From: Microbotryum violaceum
Lineage: Eukaryota
Direction: 5' to 3'
DNA: 64,000 nucleotides
Assembly (NCBI GenBank): GCA_001244265.2
Contig: CDLV01000018.1
Location: 620,001-684,000, forward strand
Shown piece by piece: positions 52,831 through 64,000 of this stretch. The number at the start of each line of letters is the position of its first letter. Within the stretch, counting starts at the first letter, position 1. Under the pieces are notes generated by a model. The model searched no databases. It was not told the origin of the DNA and saw only the letters and a list, made by a program, of their open reading frames with translations. A program made the translations under genes and the position numbers.

Positions 52831-54875
52831 ATGTCGACTGCCATGTCGCCGCCCACGATTGATCTAAGACAGCTGGCTTTTCAGGTCATGTCCGGTAAGT
52901 TGTCCAAGCGCAATATGATAGGCGAGACGATCATCCGGTAGTTGGTAGATGCGGGGCCACTCACGCCGAGTGTTAGAGCACGCTTGGCGCGCAGACCTCC
53001 GACTGACGACTCGACTCGCTTTTTCGCAGGGCCGATGATCCTAGGGATTTTTTGCGAGCTATGGTTCTCCGGCATCATCGTCGCACAAGTCGCTGTTTAT
53101 CGATTGAGATGTCCCGGAGATCCAATACACCTCAAGTGAGCCGCAGTCTGCGATCCTCAGTTCCGCGTCTGGGTTGCGATTCAGGCCCCTGCGCGCGCGA
53201 AGCTAAACTCAGACCCCCGACGGGGTCACCCTGACGCGACCCGATTTCCGGCACTGATTGAGGCTCGTCTGTTAGACTCCTCGTGGCCATAATGACAGGT
53301 GGAGGAGCTCCTCAAAATGGCCCTGAACATCAAGGCGGTATACGGTGATGTGTATACCGCCACCTTCTTCGTTTCTAGGCGGTCAATTGTGCTCACTTCG
53401 CGCCTCCTCCCCTCAGGTCATTTTCGGGCAGTTCAACCACCTCGCTGGGCCGGTGCCTTGGTTCGTCCTCGCGACCCCTATCGTCGGCCAAATTCCTGTT
53501 TTGTCATCGCAAATCCACTTGTGTTTCCGAATCTGGGTAGTGAGTCCCCTTCTCGCCACTTATTGTCCCTTGCACTCAACCAATGATCCACCAATGGTCA
53601 TGCCTTTCTGTGCCTCCGCAGGTATCCGGCCGAAAACTTATCCCCACTGCGATCGGGGCAATCATGACCATGGTGCAGCTTTCCCTTACTACCATCTATT
53701 CTATTCGTCGTAGTGAGTTTTACCAACTCGACTCAACTCAAAAATGACGTCACAGTCGGCTTACCCGTTCCTTCGCGCACCTCGGCATCACTCTTGAACG
53801 ATCGGAGCAGTCATGGCTCGAGGTCTCGGAATGGACCCCGGAAGTTCAGTGAATCGGTTGTTGCCGCCGTGGGCTTTCACCAATGCCGTAAGCACTCTGA
53901 TTTACTCGTTATAATATCGAGCGGAGTTGCCACTCGTAACTAATTCCTCAACGGGTCATGCGTGGGTGGAACAGGCCGCGGAGGTGTGCCTCTCCTTCAC
54001 CCTCGCTTACTACTTGCTACGAACGCGGAAGCAATCAATCAGCTATCGGTAAAGTCCTCTTCAGTACACGCAAGACTAAAATCTAACCCGGACAACAGCA
54101 CTCACCTCTGCTGTGTTTCTGAATGGCACCTTAGGCTCAACTATATTCTGGTGCGGCTCGCGTCTCTCGCGATCGCGACTTGCCTTCCCCCCGCTTGCAT
54201 TTCTGTCGCTCTCGCCGTGCTCCAGCTCCTCGAGACTCGCAAAATGGTGAGTCAAACACGTAGTTTACGTTTCAAAAATCAAAAAAAAAGCAGATGGGGT
54301 GAGCCTGATTGTAATCGACCGCTTCATTGCATCTTGCGCGCAGGTTTGGATCTTCTTTGGCCAAATTTTCGGAAGCGCCTACACGCTCTGCATTCTTTAT
54401 GCTCGTGAGGGCTACGGAGCCTCTGACTGACTCATTCGTTGTAACTATACGAAACGCTGATCGGTCTGGTTTGCCAACCATATCTTATTAGTCAATTCCC
54501 GCGAAGCGCTAGCCCAAACAGCGACGCTCTGCGCCTCCGGCAGATCCTCACGTATGACTCCTGGCAGCCGTCTGCTGGCGACGATGCTCTCTGTGCGCTT
54601 CGATGATCCCGAGGCCAGTATCGGTCGTGAATCCGAGAGGAAGCTGGAGCTCTCGCCTGGAGGAAGTTCGGGGAGGAGTTTGAAGGGGGTTGAAGGGGGA
54701 GAAATTTGAGCAGGCTGAGACCGATGCGATTGGAGGGGCTCTTGCGATTGCGACGACGAAAAGAGTTTCGCTGGTGTGCTCGAAGTTGAGGGCCGAGGGG
54801 TTGAGGCCGTGGGTTCAGGAGAGGGGAAGGACCGATGGTGTTAACAGGCGGCTCTATGTTAGTGTTGATAGGTGA
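52831..54875 (+). pseudogene. DUF6534-like paralog B, frameshifted
   Basis: Colinear with paralog C including introns. One extra base near 53304 gives TGA at 53347-53349, and a 10-bp tandem duplication at 54680-54699 shifts the last exon. Confidence 0.8.
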
Positions 54876-54987
54876 AGGACGTACATAACACGGTTGCACT
54901 TTGAAGTCGGCCCGCTCAAGTCGACAAATTAAAAGTCAAGTACCTCGAGTGCATGGGAGAGACGCTCGTTGCGAACATCACGGTCTT

Positions 54988-55263
54988 CATAGCAACCCCC
55001 CCCCCCCCCCCCCCTGAAATGGGACGATCCCGGGATCGGGCCCCGATTTGAAATCCCGCATCCAATTTGAAATGCATTTCAAATCGCTCCGCCGATTTCA
55101 AATGCGTTTCAAATCGCGGCGCGCGATCCCACAGCGATTTGAAATGCAATTCAAATCAAATCGCTCTGCCGATCGCAAATGCATTTTAGCGATGCGGGAT
55201 TTCAAATCGGGGCCCGATCCCGGGATCGTCCCATTTCAGGGGGGGGGTGGGGGGTTTGCTATG
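54988..55263. mobile_element. Fold-back MITE-like element with ~75-bp terminal inverted repeats
   Basis: 55014-55062 is the exact reverse complement of 55191-55239, extended outward by poly-C/poly-G and CATAGCAA/TTGCTATG; interior built from TTTGAAAT/ATTTCAAA units. Confidence 0.85.
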
Positions 55264-55510
55264 GGGGGGGAAAGATCGGGGCGCGCGCGCGGGCTGAGAA
55301 CCTTGTTCAAGTTGTGCATTCTTTTATGTAGATGTAGATTAGAGTAATAGATAGTCAGCGTAAAGAGTAAAGAGTAACAAAGTCAAGAGTCAAGAGCTAA
55401 GAGTAATAGAGTAAAGGCCAAAATGGCGCGTTTTTCCACATGCGCCTCTGACTGGGCTTTCGAAGGTCTGCGCGTCTGCGCTCCAGCCCTCGCTGTCTCA
55501 CCGATTCTGT

Positions 55511-55727
55511 ATGAGGAGCAGCGCAGTGAGCAAACGAAGATGCCGAGTAGAAGAGGATAGGGAATGTTCGAAATGTGTTACACTAACCTACGAGGAGCAG
55601 CGCAGTGAGCAAACGAAGATGCCGAGTAGAAGAGGATAGGGAACGTTCGAAAATGTATTACACTAACCTATGAGGAGCAGCGCAGTGAGCAAACGAAGAT
55701 GCCGAGTAGAAGAGGATAGGGAACGTT
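55511..55727. repeat. Tandem minisatellite, 79-80 bp unit, about 2.7 copies
   Basis: Units start at 55511, 55590 and 55670 (a[t/c]gaggagcagcgcagtgagcaaacgaagatgccgagtagaagaggataggg...). Confidence 0.95.
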
Positions 55728-55914
55728 AAGGGAAAAGAGAGGGAGAGCCGCGCTAGTCGCTGCCTCGGGTAATCTAAGTCAGAATCTAAAGAGGTCCGAG
55801 CGCGCCCGAGTTCCCATCCCCCAATCTCCGTATGCTGGAGTTGAGAGCGCCCCTGCAATGTAGTGTACACGATGACATTCTGAAGCGACCACCTCGCGTC
55901 GGCGACGGGGAAAC

Positions 55915-57807
55915 ATGTCGACTGCGACGCCGCCTTCGGCGTCTGAATTTGTACAGCATTTGGAGGTTTTGTTCGGTAAGTCGTTCGAACGCAATATACT
56001 GGTGACACGATCATCCGGACTCGGTGGTAGCGGCCCCACCGAGTCGCGCCGAATGCACGAGCATGTCGGCGCGCAGAGCTCCATCTGACGACTCATCTCG
56101 CTTCTTTGCAGGGCCGATGATCATCGGAGTTTTTTGCGAGCTATGGTTATTCGGCATCATCTTCGCACAAGTCTGTGTTTACCGATTGCGATACCCTAAA
56201 GATCCAGTACACCTGAAGTGAGCCGCAGTCTGCGATACCCAGCTCCGCGTGGAGGGTGCGATTCGAGCACCGGAGCGGTATTGAGACACCCGACGTGTAC
56301 CCCCTGCCGCGACCTGACTTCCGACACTGAGTGACGCTCCTCTTCCAGACTTCTCGTGGCCATAATGTCAGCTGGAGAGTTTTTCAAAACGGTCTTGAAT
56401 GTCAAGGCGGTATACAGTGATGTGAATACCGCCACCTCCTTCGTCTCTATGCGGTCACTCGTGCTCACTTTGAGCCTCCTCTCAGTTTCTTTTCGGGCAG
56501 TTCAAGGAACTCTTTGAATCGGTGCCTTGGTACGTCCTCGTAACGCCTATCGTCGGACAGCTTCCAATTCTAGCATCGCAAATCTACTTGTGTTTCCGAA
56601 TCTGGGTGGTTAGTCCACTTCGTGCCGCTGGTTAACTGGTTAACCATTGCACTCAACCAATGATCGAGCAATGGTCACCCTGATCCTTACCTCGACAGGT
56701 ATCGGGCCGAAAACTCATTCCCACTGCGATCGGGGTCACTGTGACCACGTTGCAGCTTTCTCTTGATATCGCCTATGTTACTCGTCGTGGTAAGGTGTGA
56801 CAGCTCAACTGTAAGAATGGTGACATTGCCGGCTAACCCGTTCCTTTCGCGCACCTCGTCTTCATTCCTGAACGATCGGAGCAGTCATGGCTCGGCGACT
56901 CGGCCTAAACCCCGGAAGTCAAGTCAGCCGACTGATGCCGCCTTGGGCTTTCTCTAATGCCGTAAGTTCTCCAACGTACTTTGTTCAAAACATCCTGCGG
57001 ATTTCTATGTCATAACTGATTTTCCAACGAGTCGTGAACGATTCAAATAGACCGCCGACGTGTGCCTTTCCTTCACACTCGCTTATTACTTGCTAAAAAC
57101 ACGGAAGCAATCAATCAGCTATCGGTAAGACTACGTCGAAACATTCAGATTCAATCCTGTTAACAGTGCTCAACCTTCTGCTGTGTTTTCTTTTGACGCA
57201 ACTCAGGCTCAACTACATCTTGATGCGGCTCGCGTCACTGGCGATCACGACTTGTCTACCCCCTGCATGCATCTCAGTCACTCTCGCCTTGCTCGAAATA
57301 CTTGAGACTCGCAGATTGGTGAGACAAGCAAGCACGTTAATGAGGTGTTTCACAGAGTAGATGGGCTGAACATGATTGATTTCAATCGCTTCATTGTGTT
57401 CTCCGCCGGCAGGTTTGGATCTTCTTCGGTCAAATTCTCGGTAGTACCTATACGCTCTGCATCATTCATGCTCGTAAGTCTATCTAACGTTGCTAAGTTC
57501 TACCTCTAATAACTAAGGATCAATCTGTCTTGTCACCCAAAACCTCTCACTAGTCAATTCCCGCGAAGCGCTCGCACAAAAAGCTTCGCTCTGCGCCTCG
57601 GGTAGATCATCACGTATGACACCTAGCAGTCGTCGTTTGCCGACGACGACTCTCTCTGTTCGCTTCGACGATCCAGAAGCGAGTATCGGTCGTAGGTCAG
57701 AGAGGAAGGTCGAGATGGAGAAAGCGAAGGAGGCTGATATGGATGCGATTGGTGGGGCTCGCGAGATTACGACGAAGAAGAGAGTTTCGCTCGTATGCTC
57801 GGAGTAG
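55915..57807 (+). CDS. DUF6534-like multi-pass membrane protein, paralog C (appears intact)
   Basis: MSTATPP..VLF|GPMIIGVFCELWLFGIIFAQVCVY..PKDPVHLK, LLVAIMSAGEFFK, ADVCLSFTLAYYL, ILMRLASLAITTC, YTLCIIHALNSRE; canonical GT-AG introns. Confidence 0.83.
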
Positions 57808-58150
57808 TAGTAGTCGGGCCGAGGGTCAGGGAGAGGGGAAGGATCGAAAACGTTATAATACGGTTTAATGTTGATTGGTCAAGGACGTACATGAGAGCGG
57901 AGAGCGTTGCACTTTTGAAGTCGGCCCGCTCAATTGCAAGTCGACAAGTCGGAAGTCAAATACCTCGGATTCATATGAGACCCATTTTTTAATTGGTAGA
58001 TTTGAATAACAGTTTAATTATATTAATACCTAAAAATCTTCGGAAAAGTCGGAGGGAATGCTGTTACGCACACTGGCAGAACCCAGTAGTGTAAGACTCA
58101 TTGACCCTGAACCAGGATCAACCATACCCACTAAAACCCCCTTTGGTGTC

Positions 58151-61100
58151 TTACAGAGACACTAGGCGACCCTTGGACTCCTGGCTAGAGGCTCAAAGCC
58201 CCTCGAACTCCGTTTCGGTGATCGGTTCCAAAAGATCCGAAGAGAATCGACGACGGCGACACAGCTTCCAGATCGAGTGAAAGAAGAGGACTTGTAGTTC
58301 GACAAGTCGACGTTCCGAGCGAGACACGACCGGGCATACAAAGTCTACAAAGACTGGGTGGGGGGTCGGGGACAGAGCAGACCAGAGGCGCCGGGCAAAT
58401 GGGCAGCCGACCGCGAGGTGAACCAGGCACTCGGGTGCTTCCGAGAGGCACATCACACAGGAGGTAGATCGATTGTTGGGATGTGGGCTGGTTGGGGAGG
58501 CGACTTGGCTTCCCGGATGGAGGGACCCCAGGGAGAGAAGGTGGCCGGTATCCTTGGCGTCCGAGTGAACCCGGCAAACCTTGCGCAAAGCCTTCCACCA
58601 AGCGTTCCAGCATTGCTCAGGCAGATCGAATACCTTCTGGTGTCCCTTGGGGAAGATAGGGGGGAAGATGAAGACTTGGTGGCGTTTGGACGCGTTCACA
58701 AACGAAGACGGGGTCATCACCTCGCAATCGGGCCCTCGAAAAAGCGTCGGGTTCACCGAGAGTTGTATTCCGTGGCCCGCTGGGAAATAGAGTACGTGCG
58801 TCACCCATTGCTCTAGGTTCTGGCTCTTGGAGAGTTCCGGGGGATTGAGCGTGGTCACCAACACCCAGGCTTCGAAGTATCGGACCCAACGAGCAGGAAA
58901 AAGTTTTGTTGTTTTTCTCACCGCATGGTCCCACTTTGGGGGAGGATGGCAAAAGTATGCCCACCAGATCCAAATCCAAGGGCAACAATGCTGGTTGGGG
59001 GCCGGTCTGGACAAGGTGAAAGGGGTTGGTTTGTTTGGTGCCTGGAGGCGGATGCGGATGTCGAAGAGGTGGCGTGTGAAGCAGCCGTCCGCGGCCCGTA
59101 GCTGGAAGACCCACTTCGCGTGATTGATTGCTAGACGCCGAGGCAGATCAATCAAACCGAAGCCGCCGTGATTGAGAGGGGTGCAGAGGCGCGACCGGGA
59201 GACCTTCGGACATTGCTGAGTACCATCCGAAGCTCGACCATGAATGGCGAGCATGGCGGCCTTCTCGATCTCCTTGACAACACTCTTGGGGGCGGGAAGG
59301 AATTGGCTGTAGTACAAGATCTTTGTGTAGCAGTAGATGTTGATGATCAAACACTTGGCTGCATATGGGAGATTGTACATCGGAACTGAGCGTATCCGAG
59401 CGATGGTCGAGGCCTTGACATCTTCCCAGCCCGCATCCTCGGTGATCTCCACCCCGACCTGAATACCAAGGTAGCGAAACTGCGAATCACTGAGACGCCA
59501 GGTCCCGAGATCTGGGGTGATCGACCGATCCCAAAAAGCTCCAAGGGGGTAGAGGAAAGATTTGACGTTGCTGAGCTTGCTGGCACTTGCCCATTCGTAA
59601 AGCTCGATTGCCTGATTGAGGTGGTCGAGGTCCGAGAGGTTGTGGAGTGCGCAGCAAGCATTGTTGGCAAAAAGGAGTTTGCAAACATTTTGGAGGCCCG
59701 CAATATCGATGCCCTTGACTCTCAATCGAATCTGACAGGCAAAACCTTTGATCGCCAGGACGAAGAGAGACGGAGCCAAAGGATCACCTTGCCAAACGCC
59801 CAACAGGATGTCGAAAGTGGCAGAGAGCCAACCGTTGAGGAAGATCGAGGCAGATTGGTTGGTGTAGGTCGCTCGGTACCATGGGCGGGCTTTGGGGCCG
59901 AGGCCAACGGCGCAGAGGAACGCCTCTTGAGCCTTTGTCATCTCCTCCAACGGGTACGCTTCCTCGAGCTTGAGTGAGTCCGCGGGGGAGAGGCGAGTTG
60001 AAGCGAGGCCGTTGATGATTGCCTTCAGGGCCGCGTCATCGATGGGGCGGTCCTCATAGACCCGCTCGAAGTAGTCGCTGGCCGCTCCAAGCATCGAATC
60101 AGGGTCGGAATGAACAACATCGTTGACCTTGAGCGAAGGGACCAGGTCGGATGCTCGCACTTTGCGCAGGCGGATGAAGATGGAAGAGGGACCCGCCAGA
60201 GATGGGTCGAGGCGGGACCGCAGGGCCGCGCCGTAGCGCGAGTGGTCAGCCCTCTCTTGCTCCGACCCAACCCACCACGACGGAACCGAGCGAACATCCG
60301 GGCCAGAGCCTGCAGCTCGGGCAGCAGGCGGTGTTTGGTGGACGTCCAAGCTGCTGGTGGATAGTTGGGCGTCTGGAGGAGGGCTTTGTTGTAAAGGGTG
60401 CGGACAATGGAGGTGAGGTACTCGCAGGTCGCGTCGCCCTCGATCACGTGCAAACCCAGCTTGAATTTGCCCGGACCGATGTTGATTGCGCCCGGCACTT
60501 GGAACCGTGCCACAACCATTGAGTGCGTCGATTTGAGGACAGGAGCCCAAATTTTGTGATCATGGAAGAGGTCGACCCAATCAGGCGAGACATAGATGCG
60601 GTCAAGGCGACGGCACGTGCCAGGCGCTGAGCGATTCGTCGTGGCTCGTCCTTTGGGATGATGGAGCCGATAGGCGTCGAAAAGATTGTTGGCCATGGCA
60701 AGGTCGCGCATCTCCTGACCCCCATAATTCGTTCCGTTTTGGTTCTCTGAATCAAGGGGCTGGGACTCAACACAATTCCAGTCCCCCCCGACTAGGAGTG
60801 CAAGCGGCAAGGATTTGTCACGTACAACTTGTCGGAGGGCGGTGCTGAGGTGTGAGAGGAAGCGTTTTTTGTCTGGCTTGTCGAAGGAAGGCGCGTATAT
60901 TGATACAACCCGGACTTTTGAATCACCCACACAAAAGGTGGCGTCGGTGACTCGGTCCAGGAAAGAGAAAGAGGCACGAAGAGTGTTTGGAGGCGACTCG
61001 GGATCAAAAGTAATGACCACGGAGTCGCTCTTCCAAAGTATGGCAGTGTTGTTGAAAGGAGTGAAAAGAGCGGAGAGCTTTAAGTCTTGGCACTCCTGAG

Positions 61101-61254
61101 TCCACTGGGCCACCCTTTCGGGGGAAGGTCGGCCAGTTTCGCTCAGGAGAAAGACGTCGGCGTTATGGAAGCGGAGATTGGAGAAAAGAGAGGCACGCTT
61201 ACGGTCTTCATTGATTGACTGCACATTGGCAGCAACAAAAAACACATTTGGCAT
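58151..61254 (-). pseudogene. LINE ORF2: APE endonuclease, reverse transcriptase, zf-RVT
   Basis: NVQSIN, LSET, VSIYAP, GGDWN, RLDRIYV; GVWQGDPLAP, LFANNA (decayed FADD), FRYLG, PLNHGGFGL; CVMC..ECLVHL..C. Frameshift near 60260 and apparent loss of the first RT subdomains. Confidence 0.92.
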
Positions 61255-61255
61255 T

Positions 61256-62599
61256 TTAGTTGTGCTCGTCATCTTGGTCCATAGCATCTTCCACATCCTT
61301 AGGAGGTGCTTCTTGGTCTTCGGCTTCTTCGTCGGCCTCGTCGTCGGTGTCGGCGTCATCGGGTTGGGCTTTGGGCGCGGCTGAGGGCAACGGTGTGGGC
61401 GAAGACGGCTCGGGGCTCAGCTCGGAGGCTTCGAGGGCAGGCGCAGTGGGAGGGGCTTCACAAGTGGCTGGCTTGGAGAGGGCGGCAATCAACTTGGATC
61501 AAGTTATGATTGACTTTGGTGTGGCCGGAGGAGGGCTTGGGGATGGAGAGGTGGTCTCTAAGCTGGGGGACTCGGAGGATTTTTCAACGAGGGAGTAGGC
61601 AATTCCCTGATTGGAGGCAGGCTGGGGGGCAGGAGGAGTGGCAGTTTTGCAAGGGAAATTGAAGGAGAACTCGGGGTGGGCATTCTTCGACAGAGAATCA
61701 GGCTGAGCTCTGTTGAACAGATCTTCAGTCTGGGCAGCCAGATCCTGTTCCACTCGACGTTTTTTGGTCGGGCGGTCGTGGGCGGAGGCCGGGGAGATCG
61801 ACTTGGACACAGCGGCGGGGGCGGCGGTGGTAACGGTGGAGGCTTGCGGGGCACGTGACGTGGGGGGTCCCTGGGGGCTCGACGCATGACGGGCCGGGCA
61901 ATGCTGGGTGGCGTGCGAGGTGCTCGCGCAGGACTTGCACGCCGGGGCGACGGGGCAATCCTTACGGACGTGAACCGCGGAACGGCAGAAGACGCAGTGG
62001 CGCATGCCACCGGTGATCCTCAGTGGGATTCACTCAGTGACACCGTCACGAGCAATAGAAAGTGAGGCAGGGGGCAAAATATCTACATCCTTAAGGGCAA
62101 GGATAAAGTCGTACACCCCAGAGATGTGTTTCGTCTTTCCAATGTACTGGATGCGACGACGGAGGACCGTGCCATAGGCAGCGATCTGCTCATCGAATAG
62201 GCAGAGGCCCTCGGGGTCGGAGAAAAAGCCCGTAAGGGTGTCGAGATCGGCGGCCTTGGGAAAGCGGAGGCCGCGCTGACCCTTGATGACGCATGGCATT
62301 GCGCCGGTAAGGCCAGGGTAGTATTTGTCAAGCGCGAGGAGGACTTGCTCGACCGAGGTTGAGGGTGGGGTGTTGATGATGACACAACTCTCGATGTTAT
62401 GCATCAGTGGATGGGCGGCGACGGCAGTCGAGGCGTTGGCGGTGGCGTTTCCGTGCTTCGCAGCGGAGCGGGCGCCGACCGCGGCGGAGTATGATTTGGT
62501 GGTGGTGGCGGGGGCTTGGCCGGGAGGATCGGGAGGGTCAGGGCGAAGAGGTGGTATAGCAGCATGGCTGGCGTTGTTGGTGTTGTTGTTGTTGTCCAT
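61256..62599 (-). pseudogene. LINE ORF1 (gag-like, two CCHC zinc knuckles) with two in-frame TGA stops
   Basis: CVFCRSAVHVRKDC and CKSCASTSHATQHC; ORFs 62030-62599, 61499-62005 and 61256-61492 share one frame, separated only by TGA codons. Confidence 0.9.
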
Positions 62600-62810
62600 T
62601 CAATAGGAGTTTCTTCGTTACGTCGGTGTCTTTGATTGCGGTAGGAGACGAATCTTGTCAGCTCTGGACCGGGTCCACAATGAACGCGCCGCCGGGCTTC
62701 GAGTAACAATAAAGACAACGACAACGACGACAACGATGAAGCTTCAGCAGGGCCTTGAAGACTCCTGAATAGACACGCTCGCAGCGAGATTTACGGTCCC
62801 GCGTTACTCT

Positions 62811-64000
62811 AACTAGTCAAAAAAAAGTGCGAGTTAAGGAATCTACCTAGAATCCGGCCCTCCGGGGGCCGCCTGTGGTGGGTGTACCAGCACACTGTTG
62901 TGTCTGCCGCACCTGCCTGTGGTGTCCATGTTCCGACCAGAAGTCATATAAAAGCTCTGTGGCAACTTTTGTATGTGTTCGCACCAGTCGAAACACGAAG
63001 CTACAGCGTTTTCGAGAGGCGATGGTAAGCAAGCGAACGGGCAAGAACTGACTGAACCAGCTGCAGGTCCGATACATCCCATCATCATTTATCATCATCA
63101 TCATCATGTATTCGGAAAATCAAAAAAAAACCAAAACGGAAGCAGATCATCATAGAGAGCTCCTTGCAACTGATCAAGCAAAAAAGGGAAGAAACAGGGA
63201 AGAAATCTAAGATGCTAGGAAGAAGGAAAAAGAAAGCGGTGGCAGGTCGAACACACAAAAGCAAGAGGGCCAAGGAAGGCCAAGGGACTACAGCGTAGGC
63301 TGGAATAGAAAGAAAACATTTAAAATCCACCGACCTCGACACCGACTTTGATTCTCGCGGCTTCGCAAACCAATTCCAGTGCTTCCAACTCGCTCGAAGG
63401 CGCCGAGCCTACTCCGGACGTCTCGAGCGCAAGCTCCTCCGAGTCTTCACGCGACGCGACTTCGTTGACCATCTCCCAAGCGACTTCGGCAGTCCATTCT
63501 TCACCTGCTTGGAAGCCACGGAGCTCCTTCTCGTATTCTCGCCAGTCGGCGAGACCCCAGCATAGAGGCGATTAAACACGCGAATCACGGGCGGTCCTGC
63601 CAGTGCCGTGCCCACTTGAGTTTGGTCGAAGAGAGCGACAGTGCGTTATTGTACGACCGCGCATTCTCGCGGAATGCTTTAGCTTCTATGTAGGCGGGTT
63701 GCACAGTTCAGCATGTGGGTCTACTGCAGACGCTTGTTGTTGGACGGAGCCACTGACCGCTGTCCGAGCCTTGAAGTAGCTGTCGATACTCGGTATTAGC
63801 ATTCAAGACTTGGCGAGGTTGCGGTGGCCCTCCGACCTGCAGTGGCCACTTTGGCACCGGTGCATGCCACTGACTGGTGCCATGGTGCCGAGGGTTTCTC
63901 TTTGAATGAGTGTCACGAAGACTCGATGAGAGTGGAAGGGAAAAAGAAAAGGTTCGAGGGAGTGGCGTGTGCTTATTTACTGGGTGTAATCTGTTGTTCA
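62811..64000 (-). mobile_element. Second, internally deleted Helitron derivative running off the window end
   Basis: Reverse complement of 63562-64000 matches segments of 24489-25273 (tgaacaac..cgccactccctcgaacctt..gtgacactcattcaa; gagggcca.cgcaacctcgccaagtcttg; tcgtacaa.aacgc; gaccaaactcaagtgg; cgcctctat). Ends in the hairpin/CTAG module at 62811-63010. Confidence 0.85.

Larger units (their letters stand above)
57985..62790 (-). mobile_element. Near full-length but inactivated non-LTR retrotransposon (L1/Tx1-like LINE)
   Basis: ORF1 and ORF2 separated by 1 nt (TAA-A-ATG at 61258-61252), AT-rich 3' tail ending in a short A-run near 57985. 5' boundary approximate; no TSD found. Confidence 0.92.

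Noticed and set aside
55511..55727. CRISPR-like appearance of a repeated 58-bp block with short intervening segments
   Set aside because: The intervening segments are near-identical, the genome is eukaryotic and there are no cas genes; it is a tandem repeat.

Overview
Intron-rich fungal genomic DNA, not prokaryotic. Splice signals, gene content and TpCpG-biased transposon decay point to a Pucciniomycotina basidiomycete such as Microbotryum (inferred). Host genes in order: multi-PAS hybrid histidine kinase, DHA2-type MFS transporter, Uds1-domain coiled-coil protein, PRP6, Tcp11/SOK1-like protein, F-box-like protein, RHO1, AlaX tRNA-editing protein, HAD hydrolase, a protein with a split BTB domain, a membrane-anchored low-complexity protein, a SNF2 (Rad5/16-like) ATPase, and three DUF6534-like multi-pass membrane paralogs, one pseudogenised. 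Mobile DNA: a decayed Helitron interrupted by a 186-bp solo LTR with a perfect 5-bp TSD, a fold-back MITE, a near full-length hypermutated L1/Tx1-type LINE, and a second inverted Helitron derivative that seems to carry a captured gene 3' end. The most unusual signal is a ~200-bp hairpin/CTAG module at opposite ends of the two Helitron copies relative to their coding direction, which hints at an inverted-terminus Helitron architecture. Gene models were spliced by eye; no database searches were run.
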